A stretch of DNA of 64,000 nucleotides from Dehalococcoidia bacterium (GTDB lineage Bacteria; Chloroflexota; Dehalococcoidia; DSTF01; RBG-16-68-14): contig JBBEBM010000017.1 in the NCBI GenBank assembly GCA_040882355.1, forward strand, positions 1 through 64,000, in the 5' to 3' direction. Both the position numbers and the translations under genes were made by a program. The notes under the pieces were generated by a model. The model searched no databases, was not told where the DNA came from, and worked only from the letters and a program-made list of their open reading frames with translations. The stretch's first letter is position 1. Every line of letters begins with the position of its first letter. Shown piece by piece: positions 38,420 through 48,495 of the stretch.

Positions 38420-40237
38420 ATGAGCCGCATCGCTGTTGCCGCTTTCGGCCTTGCGCTGATGGCTTCGCTGGTGCTTGCTTGGCAGGCACCGGACGCGGCC
38501 GCCGACGCGCTCCTCTCCGCGACCACCGCGGTGACCTACGACGTCCGCCCGGACGACGGCGGCACCCGCGTCACCTGGCAGGTCGATCTGCGAAACAACG
38601 ACCCCCAGACCGTGTACCGGGACCAGGGCTATATCTACTTCTACGACCGCTACCCGCTGCCCGTGCTGCGCGGCGCGACCGGCCTGACCGCGTCCGGGCC
38701 CGGCGGCGGCCTCAGCGTGACGACGCAGGACGCAGGCGAAGGGCCGGTCGTCTCGGCCATCGTGCGCTTCGACCGCAACCTCCACTACGGGCAAAGCTAC
38801 TCGTTCAGCCTTTCGTACAGCCTCACGTCGGCCCGATCGGAGAGCCTGCTCGTGACGCCGCACTACGTGTTCGTGCCGGCCGTCACCACCGGCGACGCAT
38901 CGACCGTTCGCGTGACCACGCCGGACGACGACGCCTGGGATGTTACGGTGGAGGCGGCGGACTGTCCGGAGACGGGCACCGGCGAGTATCAGTGCGAAGC
39001 GACCGACATGGCGGTCGCCGCGGCGATCGTCGAAGTCGCTCAGCCAGCCCTGCTGGAGAGCATCGAGACGTCAGTGGCGATGCCGTCCGCCACGCTTCCT
39101 GTCACCATTCGCTACTTCCCCGGCGAGCAGGACTGGGCCGATCACATGCAAGAGCTGACAACGGCGGCCCTGCCAGTCCTCGCCGAGCTCTTCGGCTCGC
39201 CGGCTGAGGACGCTTCGCGAGTCGAGATCGCAGAGCGCGGGCAGCGAGACATCCTGGGCTACGAAGGGGTCGCAAGCTGTTTGGCCGGGTCGTGCCGGAT
39301 CGGTGTTTCGCCGATCGCGGACGACTTCGTCGCCCTGCACGAGCTGGCGCACCTGTGGACGACGCCATTCGATAGCCGCTGGCTCGCCGAGGGCCTGGCC
39401 GACTTCATGGCCGACCGCACCGCGGACCGGCTCGGCGCGCTCGTCTCCCGGGACGAGCGGCTGCCGCCGGAGCGCCTCATCGACCTGGCCCTCCACGATT
39501 GGGGCGGCATTAGGCGCCTCGTCGGGGCGACGGAGGAGGAGCGCATCCGGGAGCAGTCGGCGTACTTGGAGTCGCTGCGAATGTTCGAGACGCTTGAGGA
39601 ACGGGTCGGGCTCGCCGCGATCCAGGAGGCCAACAGATCGGCGTTCGCGCGGGAAGAGCATAGCGTGGACAGCCGTTACTACCTCGACTTCTTGGAAGAG
39701 GCCGGCGGCGCGCCACTCGACGACCTCTTCCTTGCCGAGGTGTTCCCGCCTTCCTTCGCCTCGCAGCTCGAGGACCGGCGCGAGGCGCACACGCGCCTCG
39801 CCTTCATCACGACCGCGGCCGAGAACGTTGGCCTGCGCGTGCCCGATTCGATCCAGAAGGACGTCGATGACTGGGCGTTCGGTTCAGCGTTCGACCGGCT
39901 CGATGGCGCGCAGGACGCTCTTGGCGCCTACGCCGAGGCCCAGGACAAGGTCGCTGCGTCTCGCGATCTCTGGCAGCGCTTCGGCTTGCTGGGCGAGGAC
40001 CCGGAGGGGGCGTTGGAGGAGGCCGCCGCGGCGTTCGGCGGGGGCGCATTCGCCGAATCCGGGCACCAGGCGGAGCGCGCGGGGTCGATGATCGACGACG
40101 CAGGCCAGAGCGCGCTCGTCCGGCTGCTGATGGTCCTCGCCGTGTGGGGCGGCGTCGTGGCGCTGTTCGCCGTGGCCTTCTTCGGCTGGCGACGCTTTCG
40201 CGGCCGGCGCCATCAGGCGGAATCGTCAGCCGGCTGA
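38420..40237 (+). CDS. Secreted, C-terminally anchored gluzincin (M1-like) metallopeptidase-domain protein
   Basis: Signal peptide; HELAHLW...WLAEGLA; C-terminal TM plus basic tail. Confidence 0.75.
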   Translation: MSRIAVAAFGLALMASLVLAWQAPDAAADALLSATTAVTYDVRPDDGGTRVTWQVDLRNNDPQTVYRDQGYIYFYDRYPLPVLRGATGLTASGPGGGLSVTTQDAGEGPVVSAIVRFDRNLHYGQSYSFSLSYSLTSARSESLLVTPHYVFVPAVTTGDASTVRVTTPDDDAWDVTVEAADCPETGTGEYQCEATDMAVAAAIVEVAQPALLESIETSVAMPSATLPVTIRYFPGEQDWADHMQELTTAALPVLAELFGSPAEDASRVEIAERGQRDILGYEGVASCLAGSCRIGVSPIADDFVALHELAHLWTTPFDSRWLAEGLADFMADRTADRLGALVSRDERLPPERLIDLALHDWGGIRRLVGATEEERIREQSAYLESLRMFETLEERVGLAAIQEANRSAFAREEHSVDSRYYLDFLEEAGGAPLDDLFLAEVFPPSFASQLEDRREAHTRLAFITTAAENVGLRVPDSIQKDVDDWAFGSAFDRLDGAQDALGAYAEAQDKVAASRDLWQRFGLLGEDPEGALEEAAAAFGGGAFAESGHQAERAGSMIDDAGQSALVRLLMVLAVWGGVVALFAVAFFGWRRFRGRRHQAESSAG

Positions 40238-40273
40238 GCCAAGCGCGCTTCGGAGCTATAATGATGCGCCACG

Positions 40274-40912
40274 ATGACCGAGCAGCCAGAGCGACGCGAG
40301 ATTGACCTGCACCGGCGCGTCTGCGTGATTACGCCCGAGCGCATCGACATCCGGCCCGCCCGCAGCGCCGCCATCGCGCCACTGATCGGCTTCTTCCTGG
40401 GCGTGGGCGCGTTCCTGGCCGTGCTCTTCTGGCTGGAGGCGCTGCCCTTCTACCTCGCGCTGGCGTTGATGGGGGGCGCGATCATCCTCGTGCCATTCTC
40501 CGGTATGGGCTTCGTCTACTCGATCTACGGCGCCAACGTGGTCATCGACCGGACGAAGCAGACTGCGGTCTGGCAGCAGGGGCTGTTCGGGATGGGCGTG
40601 GGGACGTCGGACCTGGCGCCCTTTGCCAAGATCGAGCAGATCGAGGTGGATGAGCTCAGTCGCGACCCACAGGAGGGCCGCGCGCAGGACTTCGCGCAGT
40701 TCGAGATCGCCGTGCGCAAGACGAGCGGCCGCAGCCTCTCGCTGGGGCAGATCACCGTACCGCGCGCGGCCGCGGCTGAAGGGCTGGCACGCGCGCGCGC
40801 GCTTGGCGAGGCGGCAGCCGCCATGACGGAGCGCCCACTCCACATCGAGACGAGCGAGCAGCGTCGCCAGCGCCGCAAGTCGCGTGAGCGCGGCGCGGCC
40901 GCGGGCGTCTAG
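40274..40912 (+). CDS. Hypothetical membrane protein
   Basis: Two TM helices then a soluble beta-rich domain; TATAAT 11 nt upstream of the ATG. Confidence 0.75.
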   Translation: MTEQPERREIDLHRRVCVITPERIDIRPARSAAIAPLIGFFLGVGAFLAVLFWLEALPFYLALALMGGAIILVPFSGMGFVYSIYGANVVIDRTKQTAVWQQGLFGMGVGTSDLAPFAKIEQIEVDELSRDPQEGRAQDFAQFEIAVRKTSGRSLSLGQITVPRAAAAEGLARARALGEAAAAMTERPLHIETSEQRRQRRKSRERGAAAGV

Positions 40913-40919
40913 TCCCGGT

Positions 40920-41705
40920 ATGACCGCCAACGTCGACGCTGATACGCCGCACCTCACCTTCGTCGTTCCCGCGTACAATGAGGAGCGCCGGCTGGTCGCC
41001 TCGCTCCAGCGGCTCATCGGGTTCGCCGCCGCGGAGCCGTGCGCGGTCGAGATCATCGTCGTGGACGACGGCAGCGCGGACCGCACGGCGGAGATCGCGC
41101 GGGAGGCGGCCTCCGGCATGCCCGCGAACGTCTCCCTGCGGCTCCTCCAGCACGAGCGGAACCGGGGCAAAGGCGCCGCGGTGCGCACCGGCGCGCTGGC
41201 CGCCCGAGGCGACTATGTCCTGTCCTTCGACGCTGACCTGGCGATGCCGCCCGAGGAGGCTTCGAAGCTGCTCGCGGCGCTGGAGGCGGGCGCGGGCGTC
41301 GCGGCGGGGACGCGCGTGCGGCCGGAGGGCGGCGACATGCGCGCGTCGCAACCGGCCTGGCGGCGCATCGGCGGGCGCCTGTTCGGGATGGTGCGGCGGC
41401 GGTTGCTGCTGTCGGACATCCAGGACACGCAGTGCGGCTTCAAGGCCTTCCGCCGCGACGTGGCGCAGGCGGTCTTCTCGCGCCAGCAGCTCGACGGCTG
41501 GGCGTTCGACCCGGAGGTGCTGTACATTGCCCGCAAGCTCGGCTACGAGATCGCGCAGGTGCCGATCGCGTGGGAGCACCAGGCGGACTCGCAGTTCCGG
41601 CTGGGCGCGCGGGCGGCGCTGCGCGAGATCCGAGACCTGCTGCGAATCCGGCGCATGCACCGCGGGCTGACGCCTCTGCCTAAGGCGGGGCCGAAAACGA
41701 CGTAG
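40920..41705 (+). CDS. GT2 glycosyltransferase, dolichyl-phosphate beta-glucosyltransferase-like
   Basis: VPAYNE, VDDGS.D, NRGKG.AVR, DAD, DTQCGFK. Confidence 0.92.
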   Translation: MTANVDADTPHLTFVVPAYNEERRLVASLQRLIGFAAAEPCAVEIIVVDDGSADRTAEIAREAASGMPANVSLRLLQHERNRGKGAAVRTGALAARGDYVLSFDADLAMPPEEASKLLAALEAGAGVAAGTRVRPEGGDMRASQPAWRRIGGRLFGMVRRRLLLSDIQDTQCGFKAFRRDVAQAVFSRQQLDGWAFDPEVLYIARKLGYEIAQVPIAWEHQADSQFRLGARAALREIRDLLRIRRMHRGLTPLPKAGPKTT

Positions 41706-41781
41706 GCGAAGCCTCTCGATCCGAAGGCCCTTGCATCCGAAGGCCAGGCTTTAACCTGGCGAACGTCGCCCCACCACGCCC

Positions 41782-41842
41782 GTAGCTGCAGACCTTCAGG
41801 TCTGCTGATCCACGGCGGGCAGGGCTAAAGCCCTGCAGCTAC
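41782..41842. repeat. REPIN-like inverted pair of GTAG REPs
   Basis: GTAGCTGCAGACCTTCAGGTCTGC (41782-805) and GCAGGGCTAAAGCCCTGCAGCTAC (41819-842). Confidence 0.75.
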
Positions 41843-41910
41843 GGCCCGGCGGCCTGCGAGGCCCGCAGCTACGGCCCCCGCTGAGGCCGACGCTGTATCA
41901 TGAAGGTGCC

Positions 41911-42891
41911 ATGCCGGAAGACCTCACGCACGCGCGCGCGGCAAACCGTCGCGCTCTTACGGTCGTACTCGCGCTGACCGCAACGGTGCTCGTCGCGGAG
42001 GTGGTGGGCGGCGTGCTCACGAACAGCCTCGCGCTGCTGGCCGACGCGGGACACATGGTGTCGGACGTGCTCGCCGTATCGCTGGCGCTGTTCGCGGTCT
42101 GGGCCGCCGGCAGGCCGGCGAGCGCGCAACGCAGCTTCGGCTACCAGCGCGCCGAGGTGCTCGCCGCAGCGGCGAACGGCGCGGTGCTGCTCCTGGTCGC
42201 CGCGTTCGTCTTCTGGCAGGCGGCCGGGCGCTTCGCCGACCCGCCGGAGGTCGAGAGCGGGCCGATGCTCGCCGTCGCCTTCGTCGGCCTGCTCGCGAAC
42301 GCGGCGAGCGCCACGATCCTGCATCGCCAGCAGGCAGCGAGCCTGAACGTGCGCGGCGCGTTCTACCACGTGATCAGCGACCTGGCCGGCTCGCTTGGCG
42401 TGATCGCAGCGGGCGTGATCATGCTCGCGAGCGGCTGGTACCTGGCCGACCCGCTGGTCAGCGTGCTGATCGCCGTGCTGATCGTTCTGGGCGCCGTCCG
42501 CCTGCTGCGAGAGTCGCTCGCGGTGCTGCTGGAGGTGACGCCAGCGCACATCGACTCGTCCGAGGTGGAGGCGGCGCTGACGGGCACGCCGGGCGTCGCC
42601 GCGCTGCACGACCTGCACATCTGGACGGTGACGTCGGGGCTCGTCGCGCTGAGCTGTCACTGCGAGCTGTCCGGCGACCGCGACTCCGATCAGGTGCTGG
42701 CGGAGCTGTGCGACATGCTCCACGAGCGGTTCGCGATCCACCACGTGACGATCCAGCCTGAGGTGCGCCGGCTCCACGGCGGCGATGAATCGCACTCGCT
42801 GCCGCGCTGCACGAGCGTGATCGGCCACGAGCACCGGCCGGCCGATGAGGGTCGCGGGTCGCCGATCGCGGGTCGTGGGCATGGCATGTAG
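41911..42891 (+). CDS. Cation diffusion facilitator (CzcD/ZitB-like) metal exporter
   Basis: SLALLADAGHM.SD, SFGY.RAE, LNVRGA..H..SD, HDLHIW, HVTIQPE. Confidence 0.93.
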   Translation: MPEDLTHARAANRRALTVVLALTATVLVAEVVGGVLTNSLALLADAGHMVSDVLAVSLALFAVWAAGRPASAQRSFGYQRAEVLAAAANGAVLLLVAAFVFWQAAGRFADPPEVESGPMLAVAFVGLLANAASATILHRQQAASLNVRGAFYHVISDLAGSLGVIAAGVIMLASGWYLADPLVSVLIAVLIVLGAVRLLRESLAVLLEVTPAHIDSSEVEAALTGTPGVAALHDLHIWTVTSGLVALSCHCELSGDRDSDQVLAELCDMLHERFAIHHVTIQPEVRRLHGGDESHSLPRCTSVIGHEHRPADEGRGSPIAGRGHGM

Positions 42892-42968
42892 CCGCGCGTT
42901 TGCGGGCGTTTGTTTTGCAGCATCGCCTCTTCGGGCGGGTGACGGCCGATCTCCTCTCCCAACGCAGA

Positions 42969-43036
42969 CCTTCGCTTCGCTCGAGGGCAGGGCTGAAGCG
43001 CGAACGGCGGCCGATGCAAGCCCCTTCGACAAGCTC
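42969..43036. repeat. CCTTCGACAAGCTC-family dispersed repeat, two units
   Basis: CCTTCGCTTCGCTCGAGGGCAGG (42969-91) and CCTTCGACAAGCTC (43023-36); reverse complement of the units at 61963-85 and 62123-58. Confidence 0.65.
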
Positions 43037-43149
43037 TCGCCCAGGCGAGTCTGCGACAGGACAGGTGCTCACGCCGGGTTGTCGTGGGTAGGGTAAGGGC
43101 GGACCGCGGCGAATCGCATCCGTCGTAGCGCCCTGGCGGACGCGGCGGG

Positions 43150-44502
43150 CTAGAACGACCAGCCGTAGAGGCGCTTCGCTTCGGCCTTGAGCTCCGCCTG
43201 GCAGTCGGGGTGGGCGATGGCGAGCAGCTCACCGACGCGCTGGCGGACCGTCTTGCCCCGCATCGTGGCGATGCCCCACTCGGTCACCACGTAGTCGACC
43301 GCGGTGCGCGGCACCGTCACCGGCGCCGCTTCGTCCAGCGTCGCGACGATGCGCGACTCGCGCACGCCGTCCTTGGTGAACGATGACGGCAGCACGATGA
43401 TGCTCCGCCCGTCCTCCGCGTGGTGGGCGGCGAGCGCGAAGGCGGTCTGGCCGCCGGGGCCGGTGTAGGGCCAGGGGCCGATCGACTCGCCATTGACCTG
43501 GCCGGTCAGGTCGACCTGCATCGCGTTGTTCACGGCGACGAGCCGCGGCTCCTGGCCGACGAAGTCGATGTCGTCGGTGTAGGTGAAGTCGTACAGCTCG
43601 TACATCGGGTTACCGTCGATGAAGGCGAGCTCCGCTGGCGAGATGAGGGCGATGCCGGTGGCGACGACCTTGCCGGGGTGTGTCGTCTTGCGCCGGCCGG
43701 TGACGACTTCGGCCTGCACGAGGTCCATGATGCCGCCGGGGAGCAGCTCGGTGTGGATGCCCAGGTCATGGCGATGGCCGAGGTAGGGCGCGAGCGCGGC
43801 GGAGACGGCGCCGGTGCCGATCTGCACCGTATCGCCGTCGCGGACGAGCTCGATGCCGACGAGCGTGCAGATCACCTCGGCGATAGCGATCTCCTCGTCG
43901 TTGCGGACCGAGGCGCGCTCCATCGCCGCGCGCACCCTGCGCCGCACGTCAGGGTCGGGCGCGACAAGCGTGTCGATGCGGTCGACGTGGATGCGATTGG
44001 CGCCGCCCGTGCGGATCGCCTGCTCGTCGACCTCGGCGACGATGACGCGGCTGTTGTCGGCGAACGTGGGGTTCATCCAGACGGAGCTGCCGAACGAGCA
44101 CCAACCTTCGTTGTCGGGCGGCGAGACGGTGCAGAGGTGGTAGTCGAACGGGCCGACGCCGTGGGGGAGGCGGCCGGTGCGCCAGAGGCCGGACGGCAGG
44201 TACTCGACGCGGCCGTCGCGCACGGCGTCGCGGTCGACATTGGTGGTGAACGGGGTGATCTGGCGGAAGGCGAGCGGGCCGCCGGCGCCTCGCCCGCCGT
44301 CGAAGCTGAACCAGGGGAAGGCGCTGACGAAGTGGAAGACCTTGACATCCTCCAGCTCCGACGCGCGCTCGCTCAGCGCCGTGCACACGGAGACCGGCAT
44401 GCCGTCCAGCATGCCGACGGCCACCCACTGGCCGGACTGCACGCCGGCGACGGCCTCCTGCGGCGACTTCAGCTTCTGGGCGTATCGCTTACGCCAGTCC
44501 AC
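43150..44502 (-). CDS. Acetyl-CoA hydrolase/transferase family (4-hydroxybutyrate CoA-transferase-like)
   Basis: DGDTVQIGTG, DLGIHTE, VDLTGQV, GGQ..F, VDYVVTEWG, IAHP; SD AGGAGGAG before GTG. Confidence 0.92.
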   Translation of the reverse strand: MDWRKRYAQKLKSPQEAVAGVQSGQWVAVGMLDGMPVSVCTALSERASELEDVKVFHFVSAFPWFSFDGGRGAGGPLAFRQITPFTTNVDRDAVRDGRVEYLPSGLWRTGRLPHGVGPFDYHLCTVSPPDNEGWCSFGSSVWMNPTFADNSRVIVAEVDEQAIRTGGANRIHVDRIDTLVAPDPDVRRRVRAAMERASVRNDEEIAIAEVICTLVGIELVRDGDTVQIGTGAVSAALAPYLGHRHDLGIHTELLPGGIMDLVQAEVVTGRRKTTHPGKVVATGIALISPAELAFIDGNPMYELYDFTYTDDIDFVGQEPRLVAVNNAMQVDLTGQVNGESIGPWPYTGPGGQTAFALAAHHAEDGRSIIVLPSSFTKDGVRESRIVATLDEAAPVTVPRTAVDYVVTEWGIATMRGKTVRQRVGELLAIAHPDCQAELKAEAKRLYGWSF

Positions 44503-44571
44503 AACTCCTCCTACGCGGGCGGGGTGGAGACAGGATAGGGGGTGGGGCGGGAGTGGGGCAAGAGTGGTGGG

Positions 44572-47500
44572 CTAGGGCGCGCCCGCGACCGCCGCTTCTC
44601 CGGCGTCACCGAGCACGTCCGAGAGGCGGGCCGTCAGGTCGTCGCTGGCGAGGACGCGGAGCTGGCTGAGGGCGATGCTCTGCGTCGCGCCGTCGAGGGT
44701 GCGCACGGTGAGGCGCACCTCGTCGTCGCCGGGGAAGTCGCGCAGGGCGGCGAGCACGAGGCGCAGGCGCTCGCGGTCGACCGCCTCGTCCTCCGTCTCG
44801 CGCAGCTCGATGCGCAGGGCGCGCGTGGCGGTCGCGACGGCGCCCGAAGGGTCGCGGGATTGGTCGTTGGTTGCTGGTCGCTCGCTGCTGGTACTGTCCG
44901 TGGCCGGGGGAATGTCCTTGGTTGGCAGGGGCGTCGCTGGTGGAGGGGCGTGGTCCGTGCGGTCGAGCCTCGAGTTTCGAGCCTCCAGCCCGTTCGATGA
45001 GCCGTTCCCGTTCGACTGCCGCAGCCAGTCGGGCGGCTGGAAGTCGACGACGGCGCCGTCACCGGCCTGGTACAGCTCGACGAGCTGGACGGCGATCTGG
45101 AGCCGGCCGCCCCGCTCGCGGGCGCGCACCTGCATGACGAGGATGTTGCCCTCGATCCACATGTCCTGCGTGCGCTCGAACAGCTCCGGCCAGACCGTGA
45201 CCTCGACCGGGCCGGAGAGGTCTTCGATCTCGGCGGCGCAGAACGGACGGCCATCGCGCGTGTAGAGGCGGCGCACGTTGTTCACCAAGCCCGCGAGCAC
45301 TGCGTCGCGGCCCTGGAGGGGCAAGGCGGCGGGCGCGGCCTCGTCGATGGCTTCGCCGTTGGTGTTCGGCGCCTGCACCTGCGACGCCTCCGCGGCGAGC
45401 TCGGCGCAGGTGGCGGAGACCATCGGCGCGAGGGCGGCGGCGGCGGCCTTGAAGGGGTGCTCGGAGACGTAGACGCCCAGCAGCTCCTTCTCCCACATCA
45501 GCTCTTCGGCGCGCGCGACGGGCGACGAGTCCAGCTCCAGCGCAGGCATCGGCGTCGAAACCTGGTCGCCGAAGAGGTCGAACATCGTCGCCTGGCCGGT
45601 CTCGCGCAGCTTCTGCTCGCGCTGGGCGAGCGAGACGAGCCGGTCGAGGTTGGCGAGCAGCGTGCCCCTGTCGCCGAACGCGTCGAGCGCTCCCGACTTC
45701 GCGAGGCTCTCCAGCGCGCGCTTGTTCACGGACTTCAGGTTGATCCGCCGGCAGAAGTCGTCGACAGAGGCGAAGGGGCCGTCGCGCTCGCGCTCCTCGA
45801 CGATGCCCTCGGCGGCGCCGGTGCCGACATTCTTGATGTGCTGCAGCCCGAAGCGAATCGCCTCACAACCATCTTCCGCCGGCTCCAGCGCGAAGTTGGC
45901 GCGGCTGCGATTGATGTCCGGCGGCAGCACGGCGATGCCCAGCTTCGCGCACTCCGAAACGGCAGCCGCGATGCGCACGTGGGCGCCCGCCGGATGGCTG
46001 GCGGCGTGGGCGAGGACGGCCGTCATGTACTCGGCCGGGTACTGCGCCTTCAGGTAGGCGGTCTGGTAGGCGATCGTGGCATAGCACGCGGCGTGCGCCT
46101 TGTTGAAGGCGTAGCCGGCGAAGGGCAGGATCAGCTCGAAGATCTCCTGCGCCTCGCCCTCGGAGTAGCGCTTGCGCTTCGCCCCTTTGACGAAGCGGTC
46201 GCGTTCGGCGCGCATCACTTCGGGAATCTTCTTGCCCATCGCCTTGCGCATCACGTCCGCCTCGCCCAGGGTGTAGCCGGCGAACTTCTGGGCGATGAGC
46301 AGGACCTGGTCCTGGTAGCAGATGACGCCGTAGGTCTCGTCCAGGATGTCGGCGAGGTCCTTGTGGGGGTAGCTGACCTTCTCCAGCCCGTGCTTCGCCC
46401 GGCAGTAGGTGGGGATGTGCTGCATCGGGCCCGGGCGGTAGAGGGCGACCATCGCCGTCAGTTCGGCGATGCTGTTGGGGCGCAACTCCTGGACGTACCG
46501 GCGCATGCCCGCCGACTCGAGCTGGAAGACGCCGAACGTCTCGCCCTTCGAGAGCATCTCGTAGCTCTTCGCGTCGCCGTCGGGCAGGGTCTGGATGTTG
46601 AGGTCGACGCCGCGCGACTCGCGGATCAGCTTGACGGCCCGGCCGAGGATCGTGAGGTTGACCAGCCCCAGCAGGTCCATCTTGAGCAGGCCGATCTGCG
46701 CGACCTGGTCCATCGCGAACTGGGTCGTCGGGATGGCCGACTCGTCGCCGCGCGAGGGGCGCTGCAGCGGCACGTGCTCCAGCAGCGGCTCGCGCGAGAT
46801 GACGATGCCCGCGGCGTGCGTGCTTGCGTGACGCGCAACGCCCTCCAGACGGCGGGCGGTGTCGACGAGACGGCGCACCTGCTCGTCGGCCTCGTAGATC
46901 GAGCCCAGCTCGTGGCTGTCCTCGAGCGCGCGCTCGATCGTCATGCCGAGAGGGAACGACGGGATGAGGCGGGCGACGCGGTCGCAGTCGCCGTAGGTCA
47001 TGCCGAGGGCGCGGCCGACGTCCCGGATCGCGGCCTTGGCGCCGAGGGTGCCGAAGGTGATGATCTGCGCGACGTGGTCCTGGCCGTACTTCTCGGACGC
47101 GTAACGGATCACCTCATCGCGGCGCTCGTCCTCGAAGTCGAGGTCGACGTCAGGCATCTCGCGGCGCTCGACGTTGAGGAAGCGCTCGAAGACGAGGCGG
47201 TGGGCCATCGGGTCGACGTCGGTGACGCCGAGGCAGTAGAGGATCAGGCTGGCGGCGGCAGAGCCGCGCACGCCCATCAGGATGCCGCGCTCGCGCGCAA
47301 AACGGCCGAAATCGTGGACGACGAGGATGTAGTTGGCGAAGCCGGTCTCGCGAACCACGTCCAACTCGTACTGGAGGCGGCGGCGCGTCTCCTCTGTGAT
47401 CGAGTCGTAGCGGCGTTCGAGGCCGGTCCACGAGAGGTTCGCGAGGTGCTCGTCGGGCGAGACGCCGGGCGGCAGGTCGGCGTCTGGCAGGTGGAGCCGG

Positions 47501-48321
47501 CCAAACTCCAGCTCCAGGTCGCAGGCGTCCGCGACGAGCTGCGTGTTGTCGACGGCCTCCGGCAGCTCGGCGAAGCGGGCGCGCACCTCGGCCTCGGACT
47601 GGACGTAGTAAACGGGCGCGTTCATGCGCATGCGCTTCTCGTCCAGCACCGACGCGTTCGTGCCGATGCAGAGGAGGACGTCGTGGTCGTCGGCGTCGGT
47701 GGGGTGGACGTAGTGGCTGTCGACGGTGGCGACGACGGGCACGCCGGTCTCGCGCGACAGCTCGACGATCTCCTTGTTGACGCGCTCGACGTCCGGCAGG
47801 CCGTTCTCCTGCATCTCCAGGTAGTAGGCGTCGAAGGCGTTGCGAGAGAAGTCGATGAGCGCCAGGGCGTCGTCGCGGCGGCCGTCCATGAGCAGGCGGT
47901 GCAGCTCGCTGGAGTTGCAGCCGGAAAGGGCGATGACGCCGCGGCCGTACTGCGCCAGCAGCTCCCGGTCCATGCGCGGCTTGTAGTAGTAGCCCTCCAG
48001 ATTGGCCTTGGTGACGAGCGCGAGCAGGTTGTTGTAGCCCTGCTTGTTGCGGGCGAGCAGCGTCAGGTGGTACGGCGACTTCTCTTGCGGGTCGCGGGAG
48101 CGCCTGTCGCCCGGCGCGACGTAGGCCTCGACGCCGATGATCGGCTTGATGCCGCGGGCGCGCGCCTCGCGGTAGAAGTCGATGGCGCCGTAGAGGGCGC
48201 CGTGGTCGGTGATGGCGCAGGCTTCCTGCCCCAGCTCCTTGGCGCGGTCGAGGAGCTGGGGTATCCGCGAGAGGCCGTCGAGCAGGCTGTACTCGGTATG
48301 AAGGTGAAGGTGCGTAAACAT
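44572..48321 (-). CDS. dnaE: DNA polymerase III alpha subunit
   Basis: FTHLHLHTEYSLLDG, RGSAAAS, FERFLN.ER..MPDVD.D, GVFQLES, YAFNKAH. Confidence 0.98.
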   Translation of the reverse strand: MFTHLHLHTEYSLLDGLSRIPQLLDRAKELGQEACAITDHGALYGAIDFYREARARGIKPIIGVEAYVAPGDRRSRDPQEKSPYHLTLLARNKQGYNNLLALVTKANLEGYYYKPRMDRELLAQYGRGVIALSGCNSSELHRLLMDGRRDDALALIDFSRNAFDAYYLEMQENGLPDVERVNKEIVELSRETGVPVVATVDSHYVHPTDADDHDVLLCIGTNASVLDEKRMRMNAPVYYVQSEAEVRARFAELPEAVDNTQLVADACDLELEFGRLHLPDADLPPGVSPDEHLANLSWTGLERRYDSITEETRRRLQYELDVVRETGFANYILVVHDFGRFARERGILMGVRGSAAASLILYCLGVTDVDPMAHRLVFERFLNVERREMPDVDLDFEDERRDEVIRYASEKYGQDHVAQIITFGTLGAKAAIRDVGRALGMTYGDCDRVARLIPSFPLGMTIERALEDSHELGSIYEADEQVRRLVDTARRLEGVARHASTHAAGIVISREPLLEHVPLQRPSRGDESAIPTTQFAMDQVAQIGLLKMDLLGLVNLTILGRAVKLIRESRGVDLNIQTLPDGDAKSYEMLSKGETFGVFQLESAGMRRYVQELRPNSIAELTAMVALYRPGPMQHIPTYCRAKHGLEKVSYPHKDLADILDETYGVICYQDQVLLIAQKFAGYTLGEADVMRKAMGKKIPEVMRAERDRFVKGAKRKRYSEGEAQEIFELILPFAGYAFNKAHAACYATIAYQTAYLKAQYPAEYMTAVLAHAASHPAGAHVRIAAAVSECAKLGIAVLPPDINRSRANFALEPAEDGCEAIRFGLQHIKNVGTGAAEGIVEERERDGPFASVDDFCRRINLKSVNKRALESLAKSGALDAFGDRGTLLANLDRLVSLAQREQKLRETGQATMFDLFGDQVSTPMPALELDSSPVARAEELMWEKELLGVYVSEHPFKAAAAALAPMVSATCAELAAEASQVQAPNTNGEAIDEAAPAALPLQGRDAVLAGLVNNVRRLYTRDGRPFCAAEIEDLSGPVEVTVWPELFERTQDMWIEGNILVMQVRARERGGRLQIAVQLVELYQAGDGAVVDFQPPDWLRQSNGNGSSNGLEARNSRLDRTDHAPPPATPLPTKDIPPATDSTSSERPATNDQSRDPSGAVATATRALRIELRETEDEAVDRERLRLVLAALRDFPGDDEVRLTVRTLDGATQSIALSQLRVLASDDLTARLSDVLGDAGEAAVAGAP

Positions 48322-48495
48322 ATGATGAGTTATGTAGGTTCGGCAAGGCTATTATAGCAGGGTCAGGCCTCAGAGGGCGGAGTGCTTATGTGAATCTGAG
48401 CGCGACCTACGCCCGGTTGGCACGCTCACCGTCGATCGCGTCATCTTCGGCCGGGTGGAGGCGTGGGTGCAGGAGCGCTGGGGGTTGGCGTAGCG

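Noticed and set aside
44515..44572. G-rich tract with G-quadruplex potential between dnaE and the CoA-transferase gene
   Set aside because: G-runs are common at this GC content and nothing else supports a function.
44572..48321. Intein in DnaE
   Set aside because: Extra length is in low-complexity Pro/Ala/Thr linkers; no splice-junction or homing endonuclease motifs seen.
45457..48357. 966-aa plus-strand ORF and many other long antisense ORFs (e.g. 2460-4295, 14227-15951, 25633-26898)
   Set aside because: Shadow frames of well-supported genes; stop codons are scarce in high-GC DNA and these ORFs show no motifs.
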